From Myxococcales bacterium (GTDB lineage Bacteria > Myxococcota_A > Polyangia > Polyangiales > DASUME01): a stretch of 64,000 nucleotides of DNA. The position numbers were made by a program, and so were the translations under genes. The notes under the pieces are model-generated. The model was not told the origin of the DNA. It searched no databases and was given only the letters and a program-made list of their open reading frames with translations. This document shows, in pieces, positions 50,933-59,200 of this stretch (position 1 is its first letter; every line of letters begins with the position of its first letter). The stretch lies in assembly GCA_047601445.1 (NCBI GenBank), contig JASGJH010000001.1, positions 5,760,001-5,824,000 of the forward strand, given 5' to 3'.

Positions 50933-51238
50933 CTATTTCTTGCCCGCCGCCAGTTCCTGCTCGCGCAGGGCGATGTCCTGGGTGAGCCGGCGCCGGGTCC
51001 AGCGGTTCTCGCTCTTGCGCATGCGGATCAAGTAAGCCTGCGTGCCGACCAGCGCAGCCGTGGTGAGGATGGTGGCCACGGCCCAACCGAAGCCCTTGAA
51101 GTACCCCACGAAGGGGGCCGCCACGGCAAACAGCCCGTAGCGAGGCACGCGCGTCCACAGGTGATCGAGGTGGGCGTCGAGCTCGTCGAGCCTCGCGATC
51201 TCGGCCTGGTAGAGTTTGATGCGCTCGTCTTCCGCCAT
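50933..51238 (-). CDS. Small two-TM hypothetical protein
   Basis: Charged helix - hydrophobic hairpin - charged helix; codon usage looks typical. Confidence 0.7.
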   Translation of the reverse strand: MAEDERIKLYQAEIARLDELDAHLDHLWTRVPRYGLFAVAAPFVGYFKGFGWAVATILTTAALVGTQAYLIRMRKSENRWTRRRLTQDIALREQELAAGKK

Positions 51239-51277
51239 CGCCTGGGTTTGTAGGGCGGCCGAGGCCGAAGCACCAGT

Positions 51278-52309
51278 TTACTCTTCGAACAAACCCAGCT
51301 GTCTGGTGGGGCGCTTGAACGTCTGTGCGGGGCCGCGGTGGGTGCCCACTTCGCGCTGGTTGAGCCCGAGCCGGCGACACTGGGTCTCGAACAGTTGCTC
51401 GATGAGCTCCCAACGCTTGCCCCGTCCGCGCATGCGCACGCCGAAGCGAGTCTCCGAGAGATTGCCGTCGCGCGCCTCCTCCAGCGCGTGCACGATTTTC
51501 TCCACGCGCTCCGGGTGCAGTACCTGGCCGATGCGCTCCAGGAACACGGGCTTCACTTCTGTCGCTAGACGCACCAGCGTGAGGAAGGCCTGCTGTGCGC
51601 CAGCCTGCTTGGCCCGCTGTAACAGCGGCAGCACGTGGGCATCGTTGAGCCCGGGGATCACCGGCGCCAGGGCGATGCCCGTGGTGACGCCCGCCTCGGA
51701 CAGCCGCCGCATGGCCTCGAAGCGTTTCTCGATGGGGGCGGCGAAGGGCTCGATGAGCTTGCGCGTCTCGTCATCGGCGAAGGCCACGGAGAGATACACG
51801 GTGACCGCGCAATGCTTGGCCAACTCGGCCAGCAGCTCCACATCGCGCAGGACGACCCCGCCCTTGGTGATTACAGCGACCGGGTTCCGGTGCTCGAGGC
51901 AGACCTCGAGACATTGGCGCGTGAGGCGATAGTTGGCCTCGAGGGGCTGATAGCAATCCGTGTTGCCGGAGAACACCACGCACTCGCCGCGCCAGCTGCG
52001 CTTGGCGAAGGCCTCGCGCAGGAGCGCGGGCGCGTTGGTCTTCACCATGAGCTTGCGCTCGAAATCGGTGCCGGCCCCCATACCCAGGTACTGGTGGGTT
52101 GGCCGCGCGTAGCAGTAAGCACAGCCGTGGTAGCAGCCCTGGTAGGGATTCGCGCTGTAGGAGAAGGAGAGGTCGGGACTATCGTTCCGGCTCAGGATGG
52201 ATTTGCTCTCGACCTCCTGGATCTCGAGCTCCACCTCGGGCGGCTCCTCGAGCCACTCGAGATGGGCCTCCTGGAAGCGATTGCGAGGGTTGGACTCGGC
52301 ACGCCGCAT
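51278..52309 (-). CDS. PA0069/Rv2578c-family (spore photoproduct lyase-like) radical SAM protein
   Basis: NPYQGCYHGCAYCYAR (CxxxCxxC), TDCYQPLE, APVIPGLND; C-terminal QLGLF clamp-binding-like motif. Confidence 0.92.
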   Translation of the reverse strand: MRRAESNPRNRFQEAHLEWLEEPPEVELEIQEVESKSILSRNDSPDLSFSYSANPYQGCYHGCAYCYARPTHQYLGMGAGTDFERKLMVKTNAPALLREAFAKRSWRGECVVFSGNTDCYQPLEANYRLTRQCLEVCLEHRNPVAVITKGGVVLRDVELLAELAKHCAVTVYLSVAFADDETRKLIEPFAAPIEKRFEAMRRLSEAGVTTGIALAPVIPGLNDAHVLPLLQRAKQAGAQQAFLTLVRLATEVKPVFLERIGQVLHPERVEKIVHALEEARDGNLSETRFGVRMRGRGKRWELIEQLFETQCRRLGLNQREVGTHRGPAQTFKRPTRQLGLFEE

Positions 52310-52324
52310 CCATCCTAGATATTA

Positions 52325-52340
52325 CTGAACACCAGAGCAG
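52325..52340. promoter_or_regulatory. Candidate LexA box upstream of the radical SAM gene
   Basis: CTGAACACCAGAGCAG, 16 bp from the start; same ACTGAAC-N6-GCAG form as the uvrB site. Confidence 0.6.
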
Positions 52341-52399
52341 TCAATGTCCGACCGAGGCCGCGTCGTGTTTCGACAGGCCCTTGCCCTCGAAACCGGGTC

Positions 52400-53827
52400 T
52401 CAGGAGGCCCGGGCGACGCTGGGCTCGAGGCCGCCCGCGCCAGCCCCGCTCTTCTGAGGCTTCCGGAAGCGCGCCTTCTCCTGCTCCGCGAGTACGCCGG
52501 CCGAGATGCTGCACAGGGCCCCGGCCAGGAACTCCGCGATGGTGAAGTCGGGCGCGTTGGGTAGGGTGTCGAACCACATCACGGCGCACATCAAGAGCAC
52601 ACCGGCCATCAGGTTGCGATCTTGAGCGTTGCTCACGCGGGCGATGCGGCTGGCCGCGATCAGCATGGCTCCGACCGAGAACAGGTAGTTGAAGCCGAAG
52701 CCGACGAAGCCCAGCGAGCCCAGGGTCATGACCCATGCGCCGTCGGTGACGCAGCGATCGATGCCGTACTCGTCGTAGATGCGGTTGCGCCCGTAGCTAC
52801 CCCAGCCGAACCAGGGGCGCTCCATGGCTTTGACGATGAGCTTGTCCTCGTTGGTGAAGCGCACCTCGAGGGACTGCGCGCGATCGGGGCTGAACTCGGT
52901 GACCTTGGCGATGATGTCCTTGGTGGGGATGACCTGGTTGGCCCGCAGCCAGGGATAGGCACAGGTGAGCAGGCACAGCACCACCGCCATGCGCAGCACC
53001 GCGCGGCTCGACACGAGCCGCAGCATGGGCAGCACGATGACCGCGTAGAACCACACCCCCGTGCTCTTGCAGACGATGATGATGAAGGTGAGGTACCAGG
53101 ACGCCGCGTTGGCGCTCACCTTCCACACGCGGCCGCCGGTGCGTGCCAGGGCGGTGGCCATCATGGTGGGGCCGAGCATGAACAGCGACAGCACCAGGCC
53201 GTGTCCGAACATGACCAGCGGACGATAGCCGCCGTAGCGCATCAGCTGCGCCCACTCGTGGGGACCCGCATAGCCGTAGACCCAGCGATGCATCTGCGGG
53301 CTCAGGCGGATCTCCAGCAAGATGGGGATCGAATAGATTAACCCGCACACCACCATCACGCGCGCGATCAGACGCAGGTCCTCCGTGCGACGGAACAAGC
53401 GCATGCCGAGATAGCTGGCGGGCGCCACGGAGAGCAGGTTGCCGATCACCACCGCGCCGGTGTCCTTGAAGCCGAGACCCGGGATGAAAGTCGGTGAGGC
53501 TGCGAAGTAGATGGGATCCTGGTTCGTGTAACCAGTCAGCACGGTGGAGAAGAGCGTGCCCAGGGCCGCCACGTACCACCAGGCCTCGGGCTTGCGCAGT
53601 CCGGGTAGGCTCTTGAAAGCCAGCACCAGCAGCATGGCGAGGTTAACGACGTTGGCCTTCTCGATCAGCGGAAACAGCGGCAGCTTGATGCCTACCCAGT
53701 TGGGCAGCACCAACATCCCGCCGAAGTAGCAATACAGCGCGGCGCGCTGCGCGGGATAGCGCCCGAACATGAAGAAGGTGAACGGAATCCAAAGTCCGAT
53801 CACCACCGCTGCGAGTGTCTCTCCCAC
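52400..53827 (-). CDS. O-antigen ligase/Wzy-like polytopic membrane protein
   Basis: About 12 TMs; 'R.GGYRP.V...HGL', 'DRAQSL..R..NE..L', 'RPWFGWG..GRNR', 'TDG.W'. Confidence 0.75.
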   Translation of the reverse strand: MGETLAAVVIGLWIPFTFFMFGRYPAQRAALYCYFGGMLVLPNWVGIKLPLFPLIEKANVVNLAMLLVLAFKSLPGLRKPEAWWYVAALGTLFSTVLTGYTNQDPIYFAASPTFIPGLGFKDTGAVVIGNLLSVAPASYLGMRLFRRTEDLRLIARVMVVCGLIYSIPILLEIRLSPQMHRWVYGYAGPHEWAQLMRYGGYRPLVMFGHGLVLSLFMLGPTMMATALARTGGRVWKVSANAASWYLTFIIIVCKSTGVWFYAVIVLPMLRLVSSRAVLRMAVVLCLLTCAYPWLRANQVIPTKDIIAKVTEFSPDRAQSLEVRFTNEDKLIVKAMERPWFGWGSYGRNRIYDEYGIDRCVTDGAWVMTLGSLGFVGFGFNYLFSVGAMLIAASRIARVSNAQDRNLMAGVLLMCAVMWFDTLPNAPDFTIAEFLAGALCSISAGVLAEQEKARFRKPQKSGAGAGGLEPSVARAS

Positions 53828-53975
53828 GCCCCTCTGCCAACTCTAGCAGGGTCGTTTCGGCGTCGTGCGCGCGATCGCGGGCGCAACTTTGCTTGGCACC
53901 TGCGCCGCCCGAACCGTGGGGAGACGGTTCGAGCGACGCTCATTGCTCAAGGGGCCATGAGGCCGACGGACGAGC

Positions 53976-55493
53976 TCAGGCCTTCAAGAATGGGACGATC
54001 TTGCTGGCATCGGTGCGCAGTCGATCGGGCCACATCGTCTTGGGATCGCCGTAGGAGTTGTCCGTGAACTGGGAGCCGTAACCCTTGAGGCCGCCCGACT
54101 CGAATTCGCTCGCAGGCACGCCCATGGCTTGGAGCACGGTGGCGAGCCACTGGTTGTAGAGCAGGCCCGCGAACTGGTCGCGCCACTTGCGGTTGGAGTT
54201 CACCGCGCGGTAGTCGACGTAGTTGCCCGTCTTGAGGAAGCCGGCGGCGCCACCCGCGGTGACGAGGGGCAGACCCACCGGATCGTGGGTGCTCTCGCCG
54301 GACTCCTGGGTCCACATCATGAGGGTATTGTCGAGGTAGGTCTTGCCGTCGGCTTCTTCCACGTTGAGCTTGTTGGCCAGATCCAGGAACACGTTCTCGA
54401 AGATGTGCTGGTACGAGGCCACGAGCAGCGCTTGCTTGTCGGGGTTGGTGGCCTGGTGGGCCACGTCCTGATGCCAGTCGCCGTTGAAGGCGGTCCAGAG
54501 CTCCATCGTGTACATGGTGCAGATGCGCGAGGTGCCACACATGAAGGCCGCGGCGATCACGTCGTTGAACACGTCGTAGAACTGCGTGCTGCCCGCGACG
54601 TTGGTGGAGTTGTTGCCGAAGCCCGAGGAGTTCTTGTCCACGCTGGTGCCGGGCGCCTGCACGTTGCTGCAGGAGGCCACGACGTTCACGCGGCGCTCGA
54701 GCTCGGAGAGGCGCGCCATGTGGTCGTCCAGGCGCTGCTTGTCCGCGGCCGACAGCCGCTTGGCGTCACCGAAGGCGCCGTTGCGTAGCTGCTTGTAGTT
54801 GTCGAGCACGCGATCCACGACCGGCACGCGGGCGCTCGTGGTGGTGGTGGGCGGCACGAAGATGCTGTCGAACAGCTCCTTGGAGCTGAAGCTGGTGGGC
54901 ATCGACTGCACGCTGCCCGACTTGGTCTGCGGGTTGGAGTAGTTCCACGAGATGCCATCGGTGGCGATGTGCATCGAGCGCTGCTTGATGCTGCTCAGGT
55001 TGCTGTAGAAGGAGGGCGACCAGGCCATCACCTGGTCGATGGTGGGGACGTAGTTGATCGGCGGGTTCTGGTCGGAGCGCCCGAAGTTGCCCAGATGGCC
55101 GCCCGTGTGGTGCGCGATGTAGAAGGGCAGGTCGAAGCCGCGGATCACGTTGATGCGCGACAGCACGCTAGACGAGAGGTTGGCGGACGCCGCGTTCAGG
55201 ATGTTCGAGAGCGAAGCCTTGCCGCCGCTGCTGCTGGTGGCGAGGTTGCCGCGCCGCACGGTGTGGTCCGAGTAGAGCGCCTGGCTCTCGGTGAGCAGCG
55301 AATCACTCGGAAAGAAGTTGGCTCCGGTAACAGCGCCGTGGGGACTCGTGATGGCCACGAACCTGGGTAGGGCCACGAAGCTCTGGGCCTTCGCGCTGGA
55401 AGGCAGGAGCGATGGCAACCACGGTAGTGCGAGGGCGAAACCGCCCGCGCCGCGCAGGAACTGACGTCGGCTGTGATTGGTGATGACGCTCAT
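53976..55493 (-). CDS. DUF1552-family Tat-exported protein
   Basis: SRRQFLRGAGG.AL.LP.L Tat signal; TIDQ; D..RLD.H...L.ELERR; LDNT. Confidence 0.88.
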   Translation of the reverse strand: MSVITNHSRRQFLRGAGGFALALPWLPSLLPSSAKAQSFVALPRFVAITSPHGAVTGANFFPSDSLLTESQALYSDHTVRRGNLATSSSGGKASLSNILNAASANLSSSVLSRINVIRGFDLPFYIAHHTGGHLGNFGRSDQNPPINYVPTIDQVMAWSPSFYSNLSSIKQRSMHIATDGISWNYSNPQTKSGSVQSMPTSFSSKELFDSIFVPPTTTTSARVPVVDRVLDNYKQLRNGAFGDAKRLSAADKQRLDDHMARLSELERRVNVVASCSNVQAPGTSVDKNSSGFGNNSTNVAGSTQFYDVFNDVIAAAFMCGTSRICTMYTMELWTAFNGDWHQDVAHQATNPDKQALLVASYQHIFENVFLDLANKLNVEEADGKTYLDNTLMMWTQESGESTHDPVGLPLVTAGGAAGFLKTGNYVDYRAVNSNRKWRDQFAGLLYNQWLATVLQAMGVPASEFESGGLKGYGSQFTDNSYGDPKTMWPDRLRTDASKIVPFLKA

Positions 55494-55676
55494 AGGGGGA
55501 ACGACCCTATCAGCCGAGCCTGGTGGTCGATACCCAGCCCACCAAAAACAACCCTTCTGGGTACCTAAACGAGCGCCTGTGCCCCGCTTCGCACGCTTTC
55601 GAACAAACCCAACGAGTCTAGGGCGGTGACCTACGCCGGCGCCAACGTGCTTGAAGCAGCGCTCGCATGGTGGGCT

Positions 55677-57527
55677 TCACTCCGCTTCCGCGCTGCGGCT
55701 ACGGAAGCTCGGCAACAGCGCCAGGCTGCGCAGCGCGTCGCGCACGCTGTGGCCGCCGGCGAGCTGGGCGCGCACTGCCTCGAGTGAGCAGCCGTCACGC
55801 GACTCGTCCTCCGCGCGCGATCCCGCAAAGCGGACCACTTGGCGCGCAAAGCAGGCCCCGACCTTGCCGCTCTCCGCCAGCATGTGCGCCAGATCCGTGG
55901 CGCCTTTGGACGAGCGCGTGTCGTCGGCCCAGACACGTGGCGTGCTGGCGGTGTCGAGCGTCAGTTGGGAAAGCAAGGCGCCGTCGGCCGCGTACACCGT
56001 CTGTGTCGAGCGCAGTCGCCCGAGTGCGTCGTAGTTCTCCGTGGCGAAGCCGAGTGCGTTCAGCTGGGTGCCGTGACAGCCATTGCAGGTGGTGCCCGGC
56101 TTCTGCGTGAGCGCCTCCACGACCTGGCGTGTGGTTCCGTTCGCCGTGGGCTCGGGCGCGACCAGGGCTGCGTTCGGGTCGGGCGTTCCCAGCTTGTCGC
56201 ACAACAAACGCTCGCGCAGGAACACGCCCTTCATGATGGGCCGCGTGTTTCCGCTGGCCGAGGACAACAGAGCCGCGCGCGTGATCAAGCCGGCGCGCTG
56301 CCCGTCGGGAAATCGCGGTGGCTCGTCGAGGCCGTTCCAGGTGGGGACGCCATAGATGGACGCCAGCTCTGCGCCACGGGCGAAGGAGTAGGGACTGAGC
56401 AGCCAGCCCTCGAGCGTGTCGGACGCGGCGAGCCCGTGGTACGCGAATGAATCGGCCACCTCCGCCAGCATGTCTTCGCGCAGGGTGCCGCTCGGCAGGT
56501 TGGTGCCGGCGAACGCCTTGTAGCGCGGATCGTCGTGCAACACGTCGAGGGGCGTCAGGTAGTCCACGTTCAGCCACTCCCGGGCGAAGCTGCGCAGTCC
56601 CTGCTCGGCACGGGGGTCCCCGAGCATGCGATCGACGGTGGCCACGAAGCCGGTCTCGTCGTCGAGCTCGCCGCGCTCGGCCGCCAGCAGCAAGTCCTCG
56701 TCCGGGGTGCTCCGCCAAAGCTGAAACGAGAGGCGAGTCGCCAGCTCGTAGCGTGAGAGCGGCACGCTGGTTCCGGCGGGCGCTGGCGGGCCCACCTGCT
56801 GGACCTCGTAGAGGAACTGGGGCGAGTTCAGGAACACCACGATCAAGTCCGACAGCCCGTCTCGGTCCAGCACATCCGGCGACGCATAGACCTCGTGGAA
56901 GAACGCGGTCTCCTCGGCGCCGAGCGGATGGCGCAGCACCAGCCGGCCAAAGCGCGCGATGAAGCGGTCGATGCATGCATGGGGATCGCTGCAATCGCCG
57001 AGCAGCTGGTCCATGCGGGCGTCGTCGGCGCTGACCGCGGCGCCGATCTCGAGGCTCGCGTTGTAGTAGCCCTGCACGTGGGCATCGGACATCGCCTGAT
57101 CCATGCGCGCAAAAGGGGCGAACTTGGAGACCGAGTCCGTCGGTAGTGCACCGAGCGCGCTGCGTACCGCGGGGATCGCGAGGACCTCGTCCGCCAGGGC
57201 GCCGCCCGAGGTGCCCTCGAGGGCGAGATGCAGCGAGCTCACGTACTCGGCGCGCGAGAGTCGTCGCAAGGGTAGGTTGGCGCTCGGGCTGTCGGCATCG
57301 CAGCGAAACTCGAGTGCCGTCGCATGAGCCTGGAGATCGCCGGGTGTCTCGCCGGGTTCCACCTCGCCCTCATTCCAGGGACGATCATCGGTCTCGGAGA
57401 TGGGGCCTGCCGGTGCGAGCCGAGAATCGGCGCACGACGCACTGAGCAGGAGCGCCGCCGCGGCGCTGAGTGGCGAGAGCAAACATGGAAGGGAGCAGGA
57501 CAACCGTACGGGAGAGCGTGCGGGCAT
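55677..57527 (-). CDS. DUF1592/DUF1588/DUF1595/DUF1585 multidomain lipoprotein with CxxCH
   Basis: LRRLSR.EY, SP.FLY, ELA.RLS..LW...PD, R.GL.T, CNGCH, GFA.ENYDA.GR.R. Confidence 0.88.
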   Translation of the reverse strand: MPARSPVRLSCSLPCLLSPLSAAAALLLSASCADSRLAPAGPISETDDRPWNEGEVEPGETPGDLQAHATALEFRCDADSPSANLPLRRLSRAEYVSSLHLALEGTSGGALADEVLAIPAVRSALGALPTDSVSKFAPFARMDQAMSDAHVQGYYNASLEIGAAVSADDARMDQLLGDCSDPHACIDRFIARFGRLVLRHPLGAEETAFFHEVYASPDVLDRDGLSDLIVVFLNSPQFLYEVQQVGPPAPAGTSVPLSRYELATRLSFQLWRSTPDEDLLLAAERGELDDETGFVATVDRMLGDPRAEQGLRSFAREWLNVDYLTPLDVLHDDPRYKAFAGTNLPSGTLREDMLAEVADSFAYHGLAASDTLEGWLLSPYSFARGAELASIYGVPTWNGLDEPPRFPDGQRAGLITRAALLSSASGNTRPIMKGVFLRERLLCDKLGTPDPNAALVAPEPTANGTTRQVVEALTQKPGTTCNGCHGTQLNALGFATENYDALGRLRSTQTVYAADGALLSQLTLDTASTPRVWADDTRSSKGATDLAHMLAESGKVGACFARQVVRFAGSRAEDESRDGCSLEAVRAQLAGGHSVRDALRSLALLPSFRSRSAEAE

Positions 57528-57886
57528 CGGTGCTAAGGGTCGGCGCGCCGGTGCCCCGCGCGCCAACAAATTGATGACGCCCAGCAAACTTGCGGGTTTC
57601 ATGCGCGGTGGCGTGAGCGACGGGCTCACGTTCGAAGACTGGGGCCTCGCGCCGGTCGGAAGGGCACAAGGACTTGTCCTCTCGGAGGCGAGCGAGCCAG
57701 ATGGTGGGGCACCGGCACCTCGCGGAGTGCACCGCGATCGTGGTGCCCACACCTACATTCACCTCAAGGTCCTCCGCGTTCTCTGCGGGAAGCGAGTCGA
57801 CCCCAGAATCAGTTCACTCCTTAGGCGTCAGTGGCCTGGTTGTGTAACGCTACGGCCCGCGACCCCACACCACGCGAGGATCGACA

Positions 57887-58885
57887 ATGAGTTCAAGGCA
57901 GCTTGGCTGGCTCTTAGGTAGTTCTCTGTTGTTTTCATTGGCGGCGTGCGACGTCAGCGTCGGCAAGTGCGATGAGGACGCGGGCTGTTTCGACGGCTTC
58001 GGTGACGGAGACGGTGATGGCGACGGCGACGGAGACGGCGGCCAGATGGACGGCGGCCACACGGGCGACGGCGGCCATAACCCGGGTGATGGCGGAAGTA
58101 AGGATGGGGGCCCGAGTGGCGGGGACGCGGGCACGGACGCCGGCGACATGTTTACTGGCGACCCGCTCACGCTGAGCCAGTTCTGTGAGGCGTATCAAGG
58201 ACGTCGCGTGCAGTGGGCCACGGCACTCGAGGACTGCTGCATGGGCGACCCCGAAGCGAACGGCGCGAACGCCACGACGATTCTCAACTTGTTTGGCCCG
58301 GATGACGGCGCCAACGTCTGTATCAACAAGCATCAGCCTTTCATCACGGACGGCAGCGTGGTCTTCCACGCGGACAAAGCCGGTGCCTGTGCCGACGCCT
58401 TCCTAGCTCAATACGCCACCCCGCCCGCGACCTGTCCGCCCGGTGGTTTCGATTCGGAGCTGCTGCGTGCGACCGTGGCCCATGGCTCGCAGTTGATTCA
58501 GCAGATCCCAGCCTGCCGCGCGGCACTCGAAGGCAAGGTGGCCGAGGGCAGCCCGTGCAGTGACTCCATCCAGTGCGCTGGCGGGAACCGCTGCTACCTG
58601 GGCAACGGCGCCCAGAACACCTGCCAAAAGCCCAAGGTCGCCAACGGCACCACGGGTGCGTGCGCCGATTCCTCGGCCATGTGCGCGGACGGCACCATCT
58701 GCGTCGGCAACAACGACAGCACTCGTTTCTGCGCCAAGGTCGCGGAGCTCAACCAGACCATCAGTTGCTCGAACTCCCGTGAGTGCGGCGCCAACTCGCT
58801 GTGCTCGGTGGAGAACGTCAAGATCGGCGGCACGTGCACCGCGTACAGCGCGGCCAACCACGCCGACGACGTCTGCGCTCCCTGA
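57887..58885 (+). CDS. Cys-rich lipoprotein
   Basis: SLAAC lipobox; (GD)n and DGG linker; Dickkopf-like 'G.PC....QC..G..C' modules. Confidence 0.82.
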   Translation: MSSRQLGWLLGSSLLFSLAACDVSVGKCDEDAGCFDGFGDGDGDGDGDGDGGQMDGGHTGDGGHNPGDGGSKDGGPSGGDAGTDAGDMFTGDPLTLSQFCEAYQGRRVQWATALEDCCMGDPEANGANATTILNLFGPDDGANVCINKHQPFITDGSVVFHADKAGACADAFLAQYATPPATCPPGGFDSELLRATVAHGSQLIQQIPACRAALEGKVAEGSPCSDSIQCAGGNRCYLGNGAQNTCQKPKVANGTTGACADSSAMCADGTICVGNNDSTRFCAKVAELNQTISCSNSRECGANSLCSVENVKIGGTCTAYSAANHADDVCAP

Positions 58886-58924
58886 GCTCGACAGCCCTCG
58901 GGAAACGCCAGCTGAATCACGAGT

Positions 58925-58956
58925 GAGCCCGCCTGAGCGATCAGGTGGGCTCTTTC
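58925..58956 (+). terminator. Stem-loop terminator after the lipoprotein gene
   Basis: GAGCCCGCCTGA-gcga-TCAGGTGGGCTC followed by TTTC. Confidence 0.7.
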
Positions 58957-58977
58957 ACATTGCCAGATTGACGGAAT

Positions 58978-59067
58978 AAAAAAGGCAGCCAGGCGGGGGG
59001 GGGGATGCCAAGCTGCCTTGCGTACCGTCGAGCGGGGGGGTGCTCTTTATTGACGGGCACGCACGTC
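58978..59067 (-). ncRNA. Candidate sigma-54-dependent small RNA with two poly-C loops
   Basis: Intergenic; hairpin 59019-59063 with loop ACCCCCCC; terminator hairpin 58983-59018 with loop AUC10 followed by a U-tract; sigma-54 promoter directly upstream. Confidence 0.75.
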
Positions 59068-59076
59068 CTGAAACAA

Positions 59077-59092
59077 TGCGAGGAGCGTGCCA
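59077..59092 (-). promoter_or_regulatory. Sigma-54 (-24/-12) promoter
   Basis: TGGCACG-CTCC-TCGCA on the minus strand: GG-N10-GC spacing, one mismatch to TGGCACG-N4-TTGC. Confidence 0.75.
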
Positions 59093-59200
59093 GACACACA
59101 GCGCACGTGATCATGAAGCTTTTTCAAAATTGAATCGCCGAAGGTCCTTCGGGATTGCAATGCCTTGCAGGTCGGCGTTTCAAGTTTGCACGACTGCGCA

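Noticed and set aside
58995..59040. Poly-G tracts as phase-variation or G-quadruplex sites
   Set aside because: Not in a CDS or promoter spacer; better explained as C-rich hairpin loops on the minus strand. Exact run lengths may carry sequencing error.
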